A stretch of 64,000 bases of DNA, taken from assembly GCA_965368975.1 (NCBI GenBank), contig CBDUPA010000003.1, positions 32,001 to 96,000 on the forward strand, in the 5' to 3' direction. The stretch comes from an uncultured bacterium (lineage in GTDB: Bacteria > Acidobacteriota > Thermoanaerobaculia > Multivoradales > JAHZIX01). The notes below the pieces were generated by a model, which saw only the letters and a program-made list of their open reading frames with translations, was not told the origin of the DNA and ran no database searches. Below are positions 47,595 through 57,855 of the stretch, in pieces. The position numbers and the translations under genes were made by a program. Positions within the stretch are counted from its first letter, which is position 1, and every line of letters starts with the position of its first letter.

Positions 47595-48824
47595 ATGTCT
47601 CTCGACGCCGACACGCGGTTCCTCCGCCGGGCTCTCGAGCTGGCGGCCCGTGGTCGCACGTCGGCGTCGCCCAATCCGTGCGTCGGCGCGGTGATCGTCC
47701 AGGGGGGGCAGGTCGTGGGGGAAGGCTGGCACCGACGTGCCGGGGAGCCGCACGCCGAGGTCGAAGCACTGCGCGCTGCTCGCGACACCAGTCTTGACCC
47801 GCAGCGCCAAGGTGAGCAGCTCCGAGGTGCCACCCTCTTCGTCAATCTGGAGCCGTGCAGCCACCATGGACGCACGCCGCCTTGCGCCGAAGCGGTGATC
47901 GAGGCCGGGATCGGCCGCGTGGTCGGCTGCCTGCAGGACCCCAACCCGGCGGTTGCTGGTCGTGGTTACGAGCGCCTGCGGCAGGCGGGGATCGAGGTCG
48001 AGGTGGGGTTGCTGGCGCGCGAGGCGGCAGCCCTGAATCTGCCCTTCCTGACCTCGAATCTGCACCAGCGGCCGGCGGTCACGCTCAAGTGGGCGATGAG
48101 CCTGGACGGCCGCATCGCCACGGTGAGCGGTGAGAGCCAGTGGATTTCGTCGCCCGAGGGTCGGCAGTGGGCGCTCGACCTGCGCCGGGAGCACGATGCG
48201 ATCCTGGTTGGCAGCGGCACCGTGCTGGCCGACGGCCCGCGCCTGAACCGCCGGAATTCTGGTGCCGACGCCGAGGCGTCGAGGCCGCCGATCCTGCGCG
48301 CCGTGCTCGACCGTCGTCTGCGCACGCCGCCGAACGCCCGGCTGCTCGACGTCGAGGGACCGCTGCTGATCTACACCGAGGTGCCCGCTGAGTCTCAGGC
48401 GTTCCAGGATCTCATCGCCGCCGGGGAAACCGCCGCCGCGCAGCTGCACCTCGTATGCTTGCCGCGGGTGACGCCGCCGGCTGTACTCGCCGACCTGCAC
48501 GCCCGCGCCGTCGACGGCCAACCGCGCGCGCGAACCGGCGGGGATCCGGTGCGCAGCTTGCTGGTCGAGGGCGGTGGAGAAGTCGCTGCGGCGTTCGTCG
48601 CGGCCGACCTGTTCGACCGCGTCGAGGTATGCTGTGCTCCACGGCTGCTCAGTGGGCGCAGCGCTCCCGGCCCGCTGGGCGGCGCCGGCATCGGCCTGCT
48701 GGCGTCGGCGCCGCGGCTGGACGCACTGAGCGCGACCGCGTGTGGCGTCGACGTGATCCTCTCGTCTCACCGTCAAGGTTGTTTGGAGGCACTGACGTCC
48801 TCATGTTCACCGGTATCATCGTAG
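47595..48824 (+). CDS. ribD: Riboflavin biosynthesis deaminase/reductase RibD
   Basis: PNPCVG, HAE, LEPCSHHGRTPPC, SLDGRIA, LLVEGG. Confidence 0.96.
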   Translation: MSLDADTRFLRRALELAARGRTSASPNPCVGAVIVQGGQVVGEGWHRRAGEPHAEVEALRAARDTSLDPQRQGEQLRGATLFVNLEPCSHHGRTPPCAEAVIEAGIGRVVGCLQDPNPAVAGRGYERLRQAGIEVEVGLLAREAAALNLPFLTSNLHQRPAVTLKWAMSLDGRIATVSGESQWISSPEGRQWALDLRREHDAILVGSGTVLADGPRLNRRNSGADAEASRPPILRAVLDRRLRTPPNARLLDVEGPLLIYTEVPAESQAFQDLIAAGETAAAQLHLVCLPRVTPPAVLADLHARAVDGQPRARTGGDPVRSLLVEGGGEVAAAFVAADLFDRVEVCCAPRLLSGRSAPGPLGGAGIGLLASAPRLDALSATACGVDVILSSHRQGCLEALTSSCSPVSS

Positions 48825-49564
48825 AAAAGGGCATCCTGGCCGCCGACCCTCAGCCCTCCGGGCAAGGGGGCGTGCGCTTCGAGGTCGAGCACAGTCGTGA
48901 GCTGGCCGCGAAGCTGCAAATCGGCGCCAGCCTGGCGGTCAACGGCGTCTGTCTGACGCTCACCGCTCAGGACGCAGGCCGGGATGCCGGACGGGGGCTC
49001 TCGCGGATGGAGCTGGCGCCCGAGACCCTGCGTCGTACGACGCTCGGCAGTCTCCGAGCCGGGGACCGGGTCAACCTGGAGCCGGCCTTGGAGGTCGGCA
49101 AGACGCTGGACGGTCACATGGTGCAGGGGCACGTCGACACGACGGTCGAGGTGCTGGAGCGTCGCGACCTCGGCGAGCATGCGGAGATCAGCTTCCGGCT
49201 GCCCGCGGCGCAGGCTCAGTACCTGGTGGAGAAGGGCTCGGTGGCGCTTGACGGGGTCAGCCTCACCGTCGCGACGCTGGGTGCCGATCGCTTCGGTGTC
49301 GCCCTGATCCCGCACACGCTGCAGGTCACCAACCTGGGTACCCTGCAGCCGGGCCGCAAAGTCAACCTGGAGGCTGATTTCATGGCCAAGCAGGTGGTAC
49401 GTCTCCTGGAGGGATATCTCGAGAGCTACCTCGAGAGCTATGTCGAGAGCTATGTCGAGAGCTACGTCGAGCCCCACGTCGAGCGCCTGCTCGCGGCGCG
49501 CGGCTTGGAGACGGCTTCCAGCAGGGGCAACACCCTAGCCGGCGGGCCGGCCGAGGAGGACTGA
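48803..49564 (+). CDS. ribE: Riboflavin synthase alpha chain
   Basis: MFTGII, SLAVNGVCLT, GHMVQGHVD, KGSVALDGVSLT, LIPHT. Confidence 0.95.
   Translation: MFTGIIVEKGILAADPQPSGQGGVRFEVEHSRELAAKLQIGASLAVNGVCLTLTAQDAGRDAGRGLSRMELAPETLRRTTLGSLRAGDRVNLEPALEVGKTLDGHMVQGHVDTTVEVLERRDLGEHAEISFRLPAAQAQYLVEKGSVALDGVSLTVATLGADRFGVALIPHTLQVTNLGTLQPGRKVNLEADFMAKQVVRLLEGYLESYLESYVESYVESYVEPHVERLLAARGLETASSRGNTLAGGPAEED
49406..49471 (+). repeat. 12-bp in-frame tandem repeat (L/V-E-S-Y) x5
   Basis: GAGAGCTAY(C/G)TC units extending the riboflavin synthase C-terminus. Confidence 0.85.
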
Positions 49565-49569
49565 GCACC

Positions 49570-50694
49570 ATGCCTGCAGCCCGCGGCGGCACGCCGTCGA
49601 CGCCGGGTCTCAAGTGGCAGACGCAGCGTCCGGAACCGGGACGCGCGTGGGTTCGCTATGTGCCGAGACCTTGGAGCGCTCCGGCATGCCCGTGGGTCGA
49701 TGTCGCGCACGGTGCGCTGGGCACGCCGTCGACGGTCGTCGAGGAGCTACCGGCGGCTCCGAGCGTGGTCAGCTTGGACCCCCTGAGCTTCGACGATGCA
49801 GTCTACCTGCCACCGGTGGCGCCCGAGCAGCGAAGCGCCCGCGACGCCTGGCTGAACGCTCTGCGCGTCGCCGGTTCGCCGGTGGTGTTGCAGTTGCTGC
49901 CGGGAGAGCCGCTTCCGGAGAGTCTCCGGTCAGCCGGGTCCGAAGGGGATCTCTTGAGCGGCACACGTGGCGACGAGCTCAGTGGAGAGGCGGGCGTCCT
50001 CGTTCTCGTCGACTTGTTGCCGCTGCTACTGGACTCGACATCGTTGGACCTGCCCGGTCGGCTGCGCGCCACACTGACCGCCGCACTGACCGCCGAGGCC
50101 TCCACTGGTGCGACCGTGCTTTGGCCGCTGCTGCCGGGTCTCACCGATGGCCCCGATCTCTGGCGCGCCGCTGCGTTGCCACTGCGTGATAGCGGCGCCG
50201 CTCACCTGCTGCCGCAGGTCGTCGAGCTGACGCCCAGCGACCGCCGGCAGCTGGCCGAACAGCACCCCGCCGCCTACGACGCTCTCTTTCACCGCCGCCT
50301 CGACGCCACCGCCGAGCGTGCCTTCGCTGCCAGCGTGCGTGCCGCCCTCGCCGGCAGCGCCGGTCCGCAACCGCTGCCGCCTCGGCCACTGCCTGCCGGA
50401 CCACCGCGCCTGCGTCGCAACCGCTGGCTGAGTGGCGAGCTGATCCGCATCGCCGAGCTGTGGCTGCGCCTGGGACGTGCCGTCGGCCGTGGCGACGCCT
50501 GTTTCCGTGCCGCCCGCTGGGTCGATAGCAGCGCGCTCGACGTCGCGGCCCTGGTCAATGAGGGCAATCTCGATATCATCGAGCCTATCGACGCCGCCAG
50601 CCGTGCTCTGCTCGAAGAGCTGGTGCGGGAAGGTCATTGTGGCCTGCTCGACGAATTGCTGCGGCAGTATCTCTCGCCCCCGGAGGAACGCTGA
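49570..50694 (+). CDS. Hypothetical protein; degenerate radical-SAM-like barrel plus PolX-type helix-hairpin-helix-like C-terminus
   Basis: WPLLPGLTD; C-terminal ACFRAARWV...LVNEGNL..IEPI...LLEELVREG. No CxxxCxxC. Confidence 0.45.
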   Translation: MPAARGGTPSTPGLKWQTQRPEPGRAWVRYVPRPWSAPACPWVDVAHGALGTPSTVVEELPAAPSVVSLDPLSFDDAVYLPPVAPEQRSARDAWLNALRVAGSPVVLQLLPGEPLPESLRSAGSEGDLLSGTRGDELSGEAGVLVLVDLLPLLLDSTSLDLPGRLRATLTAALTAEASTGATVLWPLLPGLTDGPDLWRAAALPLRDSGAAHLLPQVVELTPSDRRQLAEQHPAAYDALFHRRLDATAERAFAASVRAALAGSAGPQPLPPRPLPAGPPRLRRNRWLSGELIRIAELWLRLGRAVGRGDACFRAARWVDSSALDVAALVNEGNLDIIEPIDAASRALLEELVREGHCGLLDELLRQYLSPPEER

Positions 50695-51467
50695 TGACCC
50701 CCCGCCCTTGCCCGTCCCGTCCCCGCCCGTTCCGTCTCTCGCTGCCGCTGCTCGCGGTCCTGAGCACTCTGGCCGTCAGTACCGCCTGGACGCCCACTGC
50801 CGCGGCCTGGGATCTGCGCGACGATGCCTCGGCCGGCCAGTTCCGCCTCTTCCACGAGGCCTTTGCTACCGGCCTCTACGCACCGCCTCGGCACAGCGCG
50901 GTGCCGCTTGGCTGGGTCGGGTTCGACGTCTATGCCGATGTCTCGGTGCTGCCCGACTTCGGCGATGGCGACTTCGCGGACGCCGTGCTGCGTGGCAGCT
51001 TGCCCGGCGACGCCCTTGCCGTCACCCGTGTCGGTGCACGCAAGGGCCTGCCGCTCGGCTTTAATGTCGGCCTGTCCTACGGCCAGCTGGTCGACAGCGA
51101 CCTCGAAGTGCTGACCGCCGACGTTCAGTGGTCGTTGCTCGAGGGGAGCGTGGTGCTGCCGGCGGTGGCGGTGCGCGCCAGCTACAGCGATCTTTCGGGC
51201 AGTGACGTCTTCGACATCCAGCAGCTCGGCCTCGACCTCTACGTCAGCAAAGGCTTCGCCGTCGTCAGTGCTTTTGGTGGCGCTTCGCTGGTCCGCAGCG
51301 AGAGCACGCTCAACCGGCGCTTCGGCGACACCCTGAGCGAGGAGACCACGGAGGAGATGCTCTTTGCTGGTGTCGCCTTCAACCTGCTAGCCGCCAAGCT
51401 GACTGCTACGGTAGAGCAGGGAGATGACCTCAAGGGCGTCTTCCGGGTTAGCCTCGGCCTGAACTGA
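50694..51467 (+). CDS. Putative outer-membrane beta-barrel protein
   Basis: Signal peptide, amphipathic beta-strands, ARKGLPLGF and YVSKGF motifs. Confidence 0.6.
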   Translation: MTPRPCPSRPRPFRLSLPLLAVLSTLAVSTAWTPTAAAWDLRDDASAGQFRLFHEAFATGLYAPPRHSAVPLGWVGFDVYADVSVLPDFGDGDFADAVLRGSLPGDALAVTRVGARKGLPLGFNVGLSYGQLVDSDLEVLTADVQWSLLEGSVVLPAVAVRASYSDLSGSDVFDIQQLGLDLYVSKGFAVVSAFGGASLVRSESTLNRRFGDTLSEETTEEMLFAGVAFNLLAAKLTATVEQGDDLKGVFRVSLGLN

Positions 51468-51491
51468 TGGTTCGGTAGAGATAGTTCCGTC

Positions 51492-52532
<1,041 letters not shown>

Positions 52533-52581
52533 GGGCAGGCCGATGTGTCTGCCCTGGAGTGCCTGCCCTGGATGCTGGCGC

Positions 52582-53523
52582 CTACTGTGGCTTGCGCCGG
52601 TACCAAAGCGATCCGAAGTGCGTGTCGAAATCCTCGGCCACGGTCGGTCGGTAGTCGGGCAGCACATCACGTAGCACCTCTTCCCGATGATGCCGCAGCA
52701 GCGGCGCCGACAGGACGATCTCGAACTCCGGGTTCCAGCTGAGGAACGCCTGCAGCAGCATCGCCTCGTTCCAGAAGCGCGGCCACTTGGCGTCGAAGAG
52801 GTAGGCCTGCGCGGGATGGGGGACGTTGTAGGGGAAGTGGATGTCGTGGCTGTGGACCACCACGCCGGGGTTCACGCGCGGCACGATCTCGAGATACAGG
52901 TGCGCGACGTCTCCGTCGACGCGCAAGATGTGTGTCGAGTCGATGAACAAGATGTCACCGTCGCTCAGCTGGTGGAAGAACTCGGGCTCGACGTCCTGCA
53001 CTTCGCGGCGCACGCGCTCGACTCCAGTCAGGCGGTCGAGAGCGTCGCCGGAGTAAGGATCGATGCAGGTCAGCCTGCAGGCGGAGCCTTCTTCGGCGTT
53101 GCGGTTGCTGGCCAGCCAGGCGTAGTAGGTCGAGAGGCCGGAGCCCACTTCGATGTAGCGTGCTGGCTTGAGGTCGCGCAGCATGCAGTAGAGGAGCAGC
53201 GCGTCGACCTCGGTGAAGCCGGGGCCGTAGCCCATCTTCTTGGCATCCTTGTAGCCGGGGAGCGCTTGGTACTCGGCGCCGTACCGACCCACGATCTGGC
53301 GCAGACGTTGTTCAAGGGTGTCGAGGTCGACGTGCAGGCCCGGCAGCTCACTCGGACGATCCCAGCGCTGGCGGCTGCGCGCCAGTGCGTCGACCACCGG
53401 CAGGGGAGAGTAGTAGTCGTCGGCGCGGGCGACTGTGAAGCCGAGGCGGTTCACGGCGCGCACAGCGGCGCGCAAGCAGGCACGATACACCCTGCGCGGC
53501 AGCGACCGGGAAGGGGCGGTCAT
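52582..53523 (-). CDS. Class I SAM-dependent methyltransferase (Methyltransf_24-like)
   Basis: YIEVGSGLST, ILFIDSTH, VVHSHDI. Start ATG 53523. Confidence 0.85.
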   Translation of the reverse strand: MTAPSRSLPRRVYRACLRAAVRAVNRLGFTVARADDYYSPLPVVDALARSRQRWDRPSELPGLHVDLDTLEQRLRQIVGRYGAEYQALPGYKDAKKMGYGPGFTEVDALLLYCMLRDLKPARYIEVGSGLSTYYAWLASNRNAEEGSACRLTCIDPYSGDALDRLTGVERVRREVQDVEPEFFHQLSDGDILFIDSTHILRVDGDVAHLYLEIVPRVNPGVVVHSHDIHFPYNVPHPAQAYLFDAKWPRFWNEAMLLQAFLSWNPEFEIVLSAPLLRHHREEVLRDVLPDYRPTVAEDFDTHFGSLWYRRKPQ

Positions 53524-53531
53524 TGCGGACC

Positions 53532-54614
53532 TCAGGGCACTGCCGGGCGCAGGTTCGTGTCCAGGCTGCCGGCGTCGAGGCGACGGCGAATGTGCTGCAG
53601 GCGGCTGTAGCGTGGACCCTCGAGGTCTTCGAGTGTGAGACCGGCTCGCTGATAGGCCTCGTAGAGTTCTATCGCACCTCGGCGAGCGTCCCATCGCGGT
53701 TGGAACTCCGGCAACTGGCGCGCGATCTTGGTGCAGTCGACGCGGTAGCAGCGGGTGTCCGGTCCGGCGCCTTCGGCGATCTCGATGCGCGAGCCCGGGA
53801 CCGTATCCCGCACGATCTCGGCCAGCTCCCGGATGCGGTAGTTCTCTTCCTGGCGGCCGACGTTGAAAGCTTGGTCGTGAACCCGCTCGCGCGGTGCTTC
53901 GAGGACGGCGATGAAGGCGCGGCAAATGTCCTCGGCGTGCACAACCGGTCGCCAAGGGGTGCCGTCGCTGAGCAGCTTGACGACGCCGGTGGTCAGGGCC
54001 CAGGCCACCAGGTTGTTGAGCACCAGGTCGAGGCGCAGGCGCGGGGACGAGCCATAAGCGGTGGCGTTGCGCAGGTAGCTCGGGCTGAAGTGCTCGTCCG
54101 CCAGGGCGGAGAGTTCTTGCTCGACCCTGACCTTTGACTTGGCATAGGGCGTCACCGGGTTCAGGGTGGCGTTTTCGTCCAGGAAGTCATCACCGGCGGC
54201 GCCGTAGTTGCTGCACGATGACGAGAACACGAAGCGCTCGACCCCGGCCTGCTTGGCGCAGCGCGCCAGGTGGATCGAGGCGTCGAGGTTGATGTCGTAG
54301 GTCAGGTTGGCGTTGAGGTTGCCCAGCGGGTCGTTGGACAGGCCGGCGAGGTGGGCGACGGCGTCGAAACCTTCGAGCTGTGCGGGTGTGACGTCGCGCA
54401 GGTCGACCTCGAGCGTCTCGACATCGAGCGTTTCGACATCGAACCTGTCGCCCGGGGCCTGGTTGGCGCAGCCGCTCTTGAAGTCGAAACCCGTGAAGTC
54501 GCAACCTGCGAAGAGGTCCGTGTCCAGGCCCACTGCTTCGTGTCCTGCTCGGCGGAGCAGAGGTGGTAGGAGCACGCCGATGTAGCCGCGGTGTCCGGTG
54601 ATCAATACGCGCAT
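53532..54614 (-). CDS. NAD-dependent epimerase/dehydratase
   Basis: MRVLITGHRGYIG, HLAGLSNDP, SSSCSNYG, YAKSK. Confidence 0.93.
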   Translation of the reverse strand: MRVLITGHRGYIGVLLPPLLRRAGHEAVGLDTDLFAGCDFTGFDFKSGCANQAPGDRFDVETLDVETLEVDLRDVTPAQLEGFDAVAHLAGLSNDPLGNLNANLTYDINLDASIHLARCAKQAGVERFVFSSSCSNYGAAGDDFLDENATLNPVTPYAKSKVRVEQELSALADEHFSPSYLRNATAYGSSPRLRLDLVLNNLVAWALTTGVVKLLSDGTPWRPVVHAEDICRAFIAVLEAPRERVHDQAFNVGRQEENYRIRELAEIVRDTVPGSRIEIAEGAGPDTRCYRVDCTKIARQLPEFQPRWDARRGAIELYEAYQRAGLTLEDLEGPRYSRLQHIRRRLDAGSLDTNLRPAVP

Positions 54615-54723
54615 GGCGATGCAGGCTAGCGCACTTTGCAGGCCCGGACAAGTTGACCGCGACGCCGTCACCGGATCGTCGGCACGGTGGTCCGCCCAGC
54701 TGCGACGGGGCGACGGAGAGCCG

Positions 54724-55530
54724 TTACTCGGCGCGCGGCAAGTGCGCGTGCCGGCGCTGCGCCTCGGCCAGATTCTCGGGCGTTCCGATGTCCAGAAAAC
54801 CGCCGTGCGGAAAGGGCACGCCACGCACGTCCATGCGCCTGTGCAGTGCGCGCGCGAACAGAGTACCGAGCTGGAATTCGAGGTTGCGCTCGGCCGCAGG
54901 CTTGGCACCGGCTGCCGCTTCTTTGGTCAGCTGCTGGTGCAGTTCATCGTGCAAGAAGCGCGTGAAGGTCGGCGTCCAGACGGCGAGCAACCAGTTGAAG
55001 GCCAGATCGCTGGTACGCGGTCGCACCTCGATACGCCGCACGCGGCCTTCGTCGTCCAGCTCTACCATGTCGGTGATGCGGCAGTCGGGGGCCGGAAAGA
55101 GGCCGAGCACGACATCGGCTCCGGTGCTCTCTTGGTGCTCCAGCAGGCGCCGGAAAGCGCCTTTGGGCTCAAACAGGACGTCGGGGAAGCCGAAGGCCAC
55201 GCGCGCCTCCGCAACAAAGGGAAAGGCGCGGTCGATCGTCTCGGGCACACTTCCCGTGGGTTCCCCCGTCAGGTAGGCGAGCGGCAGACCAGCCTCGTCG
55301 CCACTGCCGAAGTAGGTGGGCACATCCCACTTGCCCTGGCGCAGCAGAACGTAGGCGCTCTCGACCTCGGCGTCGGCCATGTGGTCCAGCAAATGCTGCA
55401 GCGCAACGCTCGGACTGATGTCGCCGTCTCGGGTGCGCCGGAAGCCGACTGGCAGCAGCTCCTTGGAGCCCGGCAGCCGTCCCAGACGGCTCGCCTGTCC
55501 GCCCGCGGGGATGAGTCCCACGGTCGGCAT
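54724..55530 (-). CDS. Sugar-phosphate nucleotidyltransferase (RmlA-like)
   Basis: GLIPAGGQASRL...SKELLPVG; FLDIGTPE. Alternative start at GTG 55608. Confidence 0.85.
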   Translation of the reverse strand: MPTVGLIPAGGQASRLGRLPGSKELLPVGFRRTRDGDISPSVALQHLLDHMADAEVESAYVLLRQGKWDVPTYFGSGDEAGLPLAYLTGEPTGSVPETIDRAFPFVAEARVAFGFPDVLFEPKGAFRRLLEHQESTGADVVLGLFPAPDCRITDMVELDDEGRVRRIEVRPRTSDLAFNWLLAVWTPTFTRFLHDELHQQLTKEAAAGAKPAAERNLEFQLGTLFARALHRRMDVRGVPFPHGGFLDIGTPENLAEAQRRHAHLPRAE

Positions 55531-55617
55531 CGGCCGTCCTTCCTCACCGATTTCCGCGGCGATCTCGGCCGCCAGTGAGAGTGTCTCGCCTTCGTTTGCC
55601 GTAGTCACGCGCGGCTC

Positions 55618-57120
55618 CTAGTGCTGGCCACCACCGGCGTAGCCGAGGGAGCGCATTTCGGCCTCGTCCTCCGGCGTCAGAACGGGCTTGCCGTCGGACC
55701 CCAGCTGGGCGGGCAAAAGCTCGTCACCATTGAGGTCGAGCCAGGTGTTTCGTAGCCGGCGAGCCAGGCGCCGGCGCTCCTTGTCGTCGTCCAGGGGTTG
55801 GCTAGTGCCGTCGGCATTCCAGCGCAGGAGTTGCAGCTCTGGTGTCTCGCCTGGCTGTCCACTCAGCGGCAGCTGCTGCAGGTAGGCATCCGCCAGGCGT
55901 TGGAAGATCACCTCGGGATCCTCCTGCAGCTCGGACTGCGGTGAGCCGAGAATTTGCAGCCGGGCTTTGAAGTACTGAGGTTCCGGTGTGGTGAAGCTGC
56001 TGGTCCAGATCAGCTGATGATCGCCGGTGACCAGCGAAAACGTGTTGATCCCATTGCCCATGTAGAGCTCGGACAGCACCTCTGACGGTGCTTCGTCGAA
56101 CAAACTCGGTGCGGCATAGCTCGGCACGCTGGCACCGGCCGCCGCCAGCAGCGTCGCGAACAGCCGATGCTGAGCGACGGGTGCCGGCGCTTCCGGGGTC
56201 ACTGCCAGCGAGCGCTCGAAGCCTCGCGGTAGTTTGACCAGCAGGGGTACCTCCAGCAAGGCGCGATTGAGATTGCCCCCGTGCGTGATCTGGTGGGCTT
56301 CGCCGAATTCTTCGCCATGATCGGCGGTGATCGCTAGCAGGGTCCGGTCCCAGAGTCCCGATTCACGTAGTGCGGTGGTCAGTTTGCCGACCAGCTCGTC
56401 CGCCCAGGCGACGTTGGACAGGTACAGGGTCCAGAACTCGCGGCGTGCCGCGTCTGGGAGCGCTACCGACGGGTCGTAGAAGTGCTCCAGGTCCAGAGGT
56501 CGTACCTTGTCCGGCAGCGACGCGGCATTCTCCTGCAACTCCTCCGGGAGCTGACCGAGCAGATGGTCGTAGCGCACATAGGGCGCGTGCGGCGGCAAGA
56601 TGTGAATCCACACGAACTGGCGCTCGTCGGGGAGCTCTCGCAGAGTGTTCTGGGCTCGCTGTCCATAGGCGAGATCACGGAAGGTCTCGAAACCCTGCGC
56701 ATACCCATACTTGGCTTGCAGCCAGTGATTCGAGCGAAAGCCGGTGGTCACATACCCTTGTGTCTGTAGCGCCTCCGGTAGCGTCAAGTGTTCGGCCGAC
56801 AGCACGGTCCGCTCGCCGTGCTGATTGCCGTGGCGCCAGGGCTGCATGCCTGTGAACAAGGATGCCATCGACGGCACGGTCCAACTCGATGTCGAGATGG
56901 CGTGGCCCGCGAAGTCTGCTTCCGCGGCCAGTGCGTCGAGGTTGGGGGTCAACCCGTGCGGGCCACCCAGACTCCCCAGCACGTCGGCGCGCAGAGAGTC
57001 GATGGTGATCAGGACGATAGGGCCGTCGTGAGCTGGCGGAGGGGGGGGAGCAGGGCAGGCCAGAAGCAGGCTGAGGAGGGGTAGGAGGAGCCAGGCTGTG
57101 GGGCGGGAAAGGTCGCGCAT
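55618..57120 (-). CDS. Sulfatase-like hydrolase/transferase lipoprotein
   Basis: LLLAC lipobox; LITIDSLRAD; WTVPSMASLFTG; PPHAPY; TADHGEEF. Confidence 0.88.
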   Translation of the reverse strand: MRDLSRPTAWLLLPLLSLLLACPAPPPPPAHDGPIVLITIDSLRADVLGSLGGPHGLTPNLDALAAEADFAGHAISTSSWTVPSMASLFTGMQPWRHGNQHGERTVLSAEHLTLPEALQTQGYVTTGFRSNHWLQAKYGYAQGFETFRDLAYGQRAQNTLRELPDERQFVWIHILPPHAPYVRYDHLLGQLPEELQENAASLPDKVRPLDLEHFYDPSVALPDAARREFWTLYLSNVAWADELVGKLTTALRESGLWDRTLLAITADHGEEFGEAHQITHGGNLNRALLEVPLLVKLPRGFERSLAVTPEAPAPVAQHRLFATLLAAAGASVPSYAAPSLFDEAPSEVLSELYMGNGINTFSLVTGDHQLIWTSSFTTPEPQYFKARLQILGSPQSELQEDPEVIFQRLADAYLQQLPLSGQPGETPELQLLRWNADGTSQPLDDDKERRRLARRLRNTWLDLNGDELLPAQLGSDGKPVLTPEDEAEMRSLGYAGGGQH

Positions 57121-57253
57121 GACCGGCGTATGGTAGCAGACGGGAGCGCTTGGCGAGGCCGAAAGCAGAGACCGCCAGCTCTCGCACTCACCAGGGCAGA
57201 AGACTGCTCCCGGTTGATGCTCGAGCCGGCGGTTCGGCAGACGGCGGCGTGCC

Positions 57254-57499
57254 TCAGGTACGAGGGCGCGCTTCGTTGACGTTGAGGCTCCTGCCGTCCA
57301 TGTCCTTCTGGTGCAGAGCCCGGATGGCTTCGTCGGCACCGCTCGACATTTCCACGAAGCCGAAGCCTCGCGGCCGGCCGGTCTCGCGGTCGGTGATCAG
57401 GTTCACCGACTCGACGGTGCCGTGCTCGCCGAAGAGGCTGCGGATCTGGTCGTCGGAGGCGCTGAAGGGCAGGTTACCTACGTAGATTCGTTTCGACAT
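57254..57499 (-). CDS. RRM RNA-binding protein
   Basis: RNP2 IYVGNL and RNP1 RGFGFVEM. Confidence 0.95.
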   Translation of the reverse strand: MSKRIYVGNLPFSASDDQIRSLFGEHGTVESVNLITDRETGRPRGFGFVEMSSGADEAIRALHQKDMDGRSLNVNEARPRT

Positions 57500-57687
57500 A
57501 ACTCACTTCTCCTTGTCCCGCGGTCGTGACGGGTTGGGTTGATTAAGCCTCGGTCCATGTGACCGAAGCCCTCGGGGCGACCTCCAAGGGGGATAATAGG
57601 TACTCGACTGCGGGAAGGAACGGGTGTGAGCGGTCGCTTCTGGCGGGCGGAGTAGCGTGTGGTCCGTTGGACGAACCCGAGTGCATT

Positions 57688-57716
57688 ACTGTACCAGGCT
57701 CGATCGTGGGGAGCAA
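57688..57716 (-). promoter_or_regulatory. sigma70-type promoter TTGCTC-N17-TACAGT for the RRM gene
   Basis: 17-nt spacer and extended -10 TG on the minus strand. Confidence 0.5.
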
Positions 57717-57855
57717 GCCCCTTTGGTCGATCTTTGTCGATCTTCGTTCAACACTGCCGATGGTTGCTGCTCAAACCCATCCGGCGCCGCTCCGAAGCGC
57801 TAACGTTCTCCTCGCTGATTGCCGCAGTTCCGACGGCGCTGGTAGGATAGCGGCC

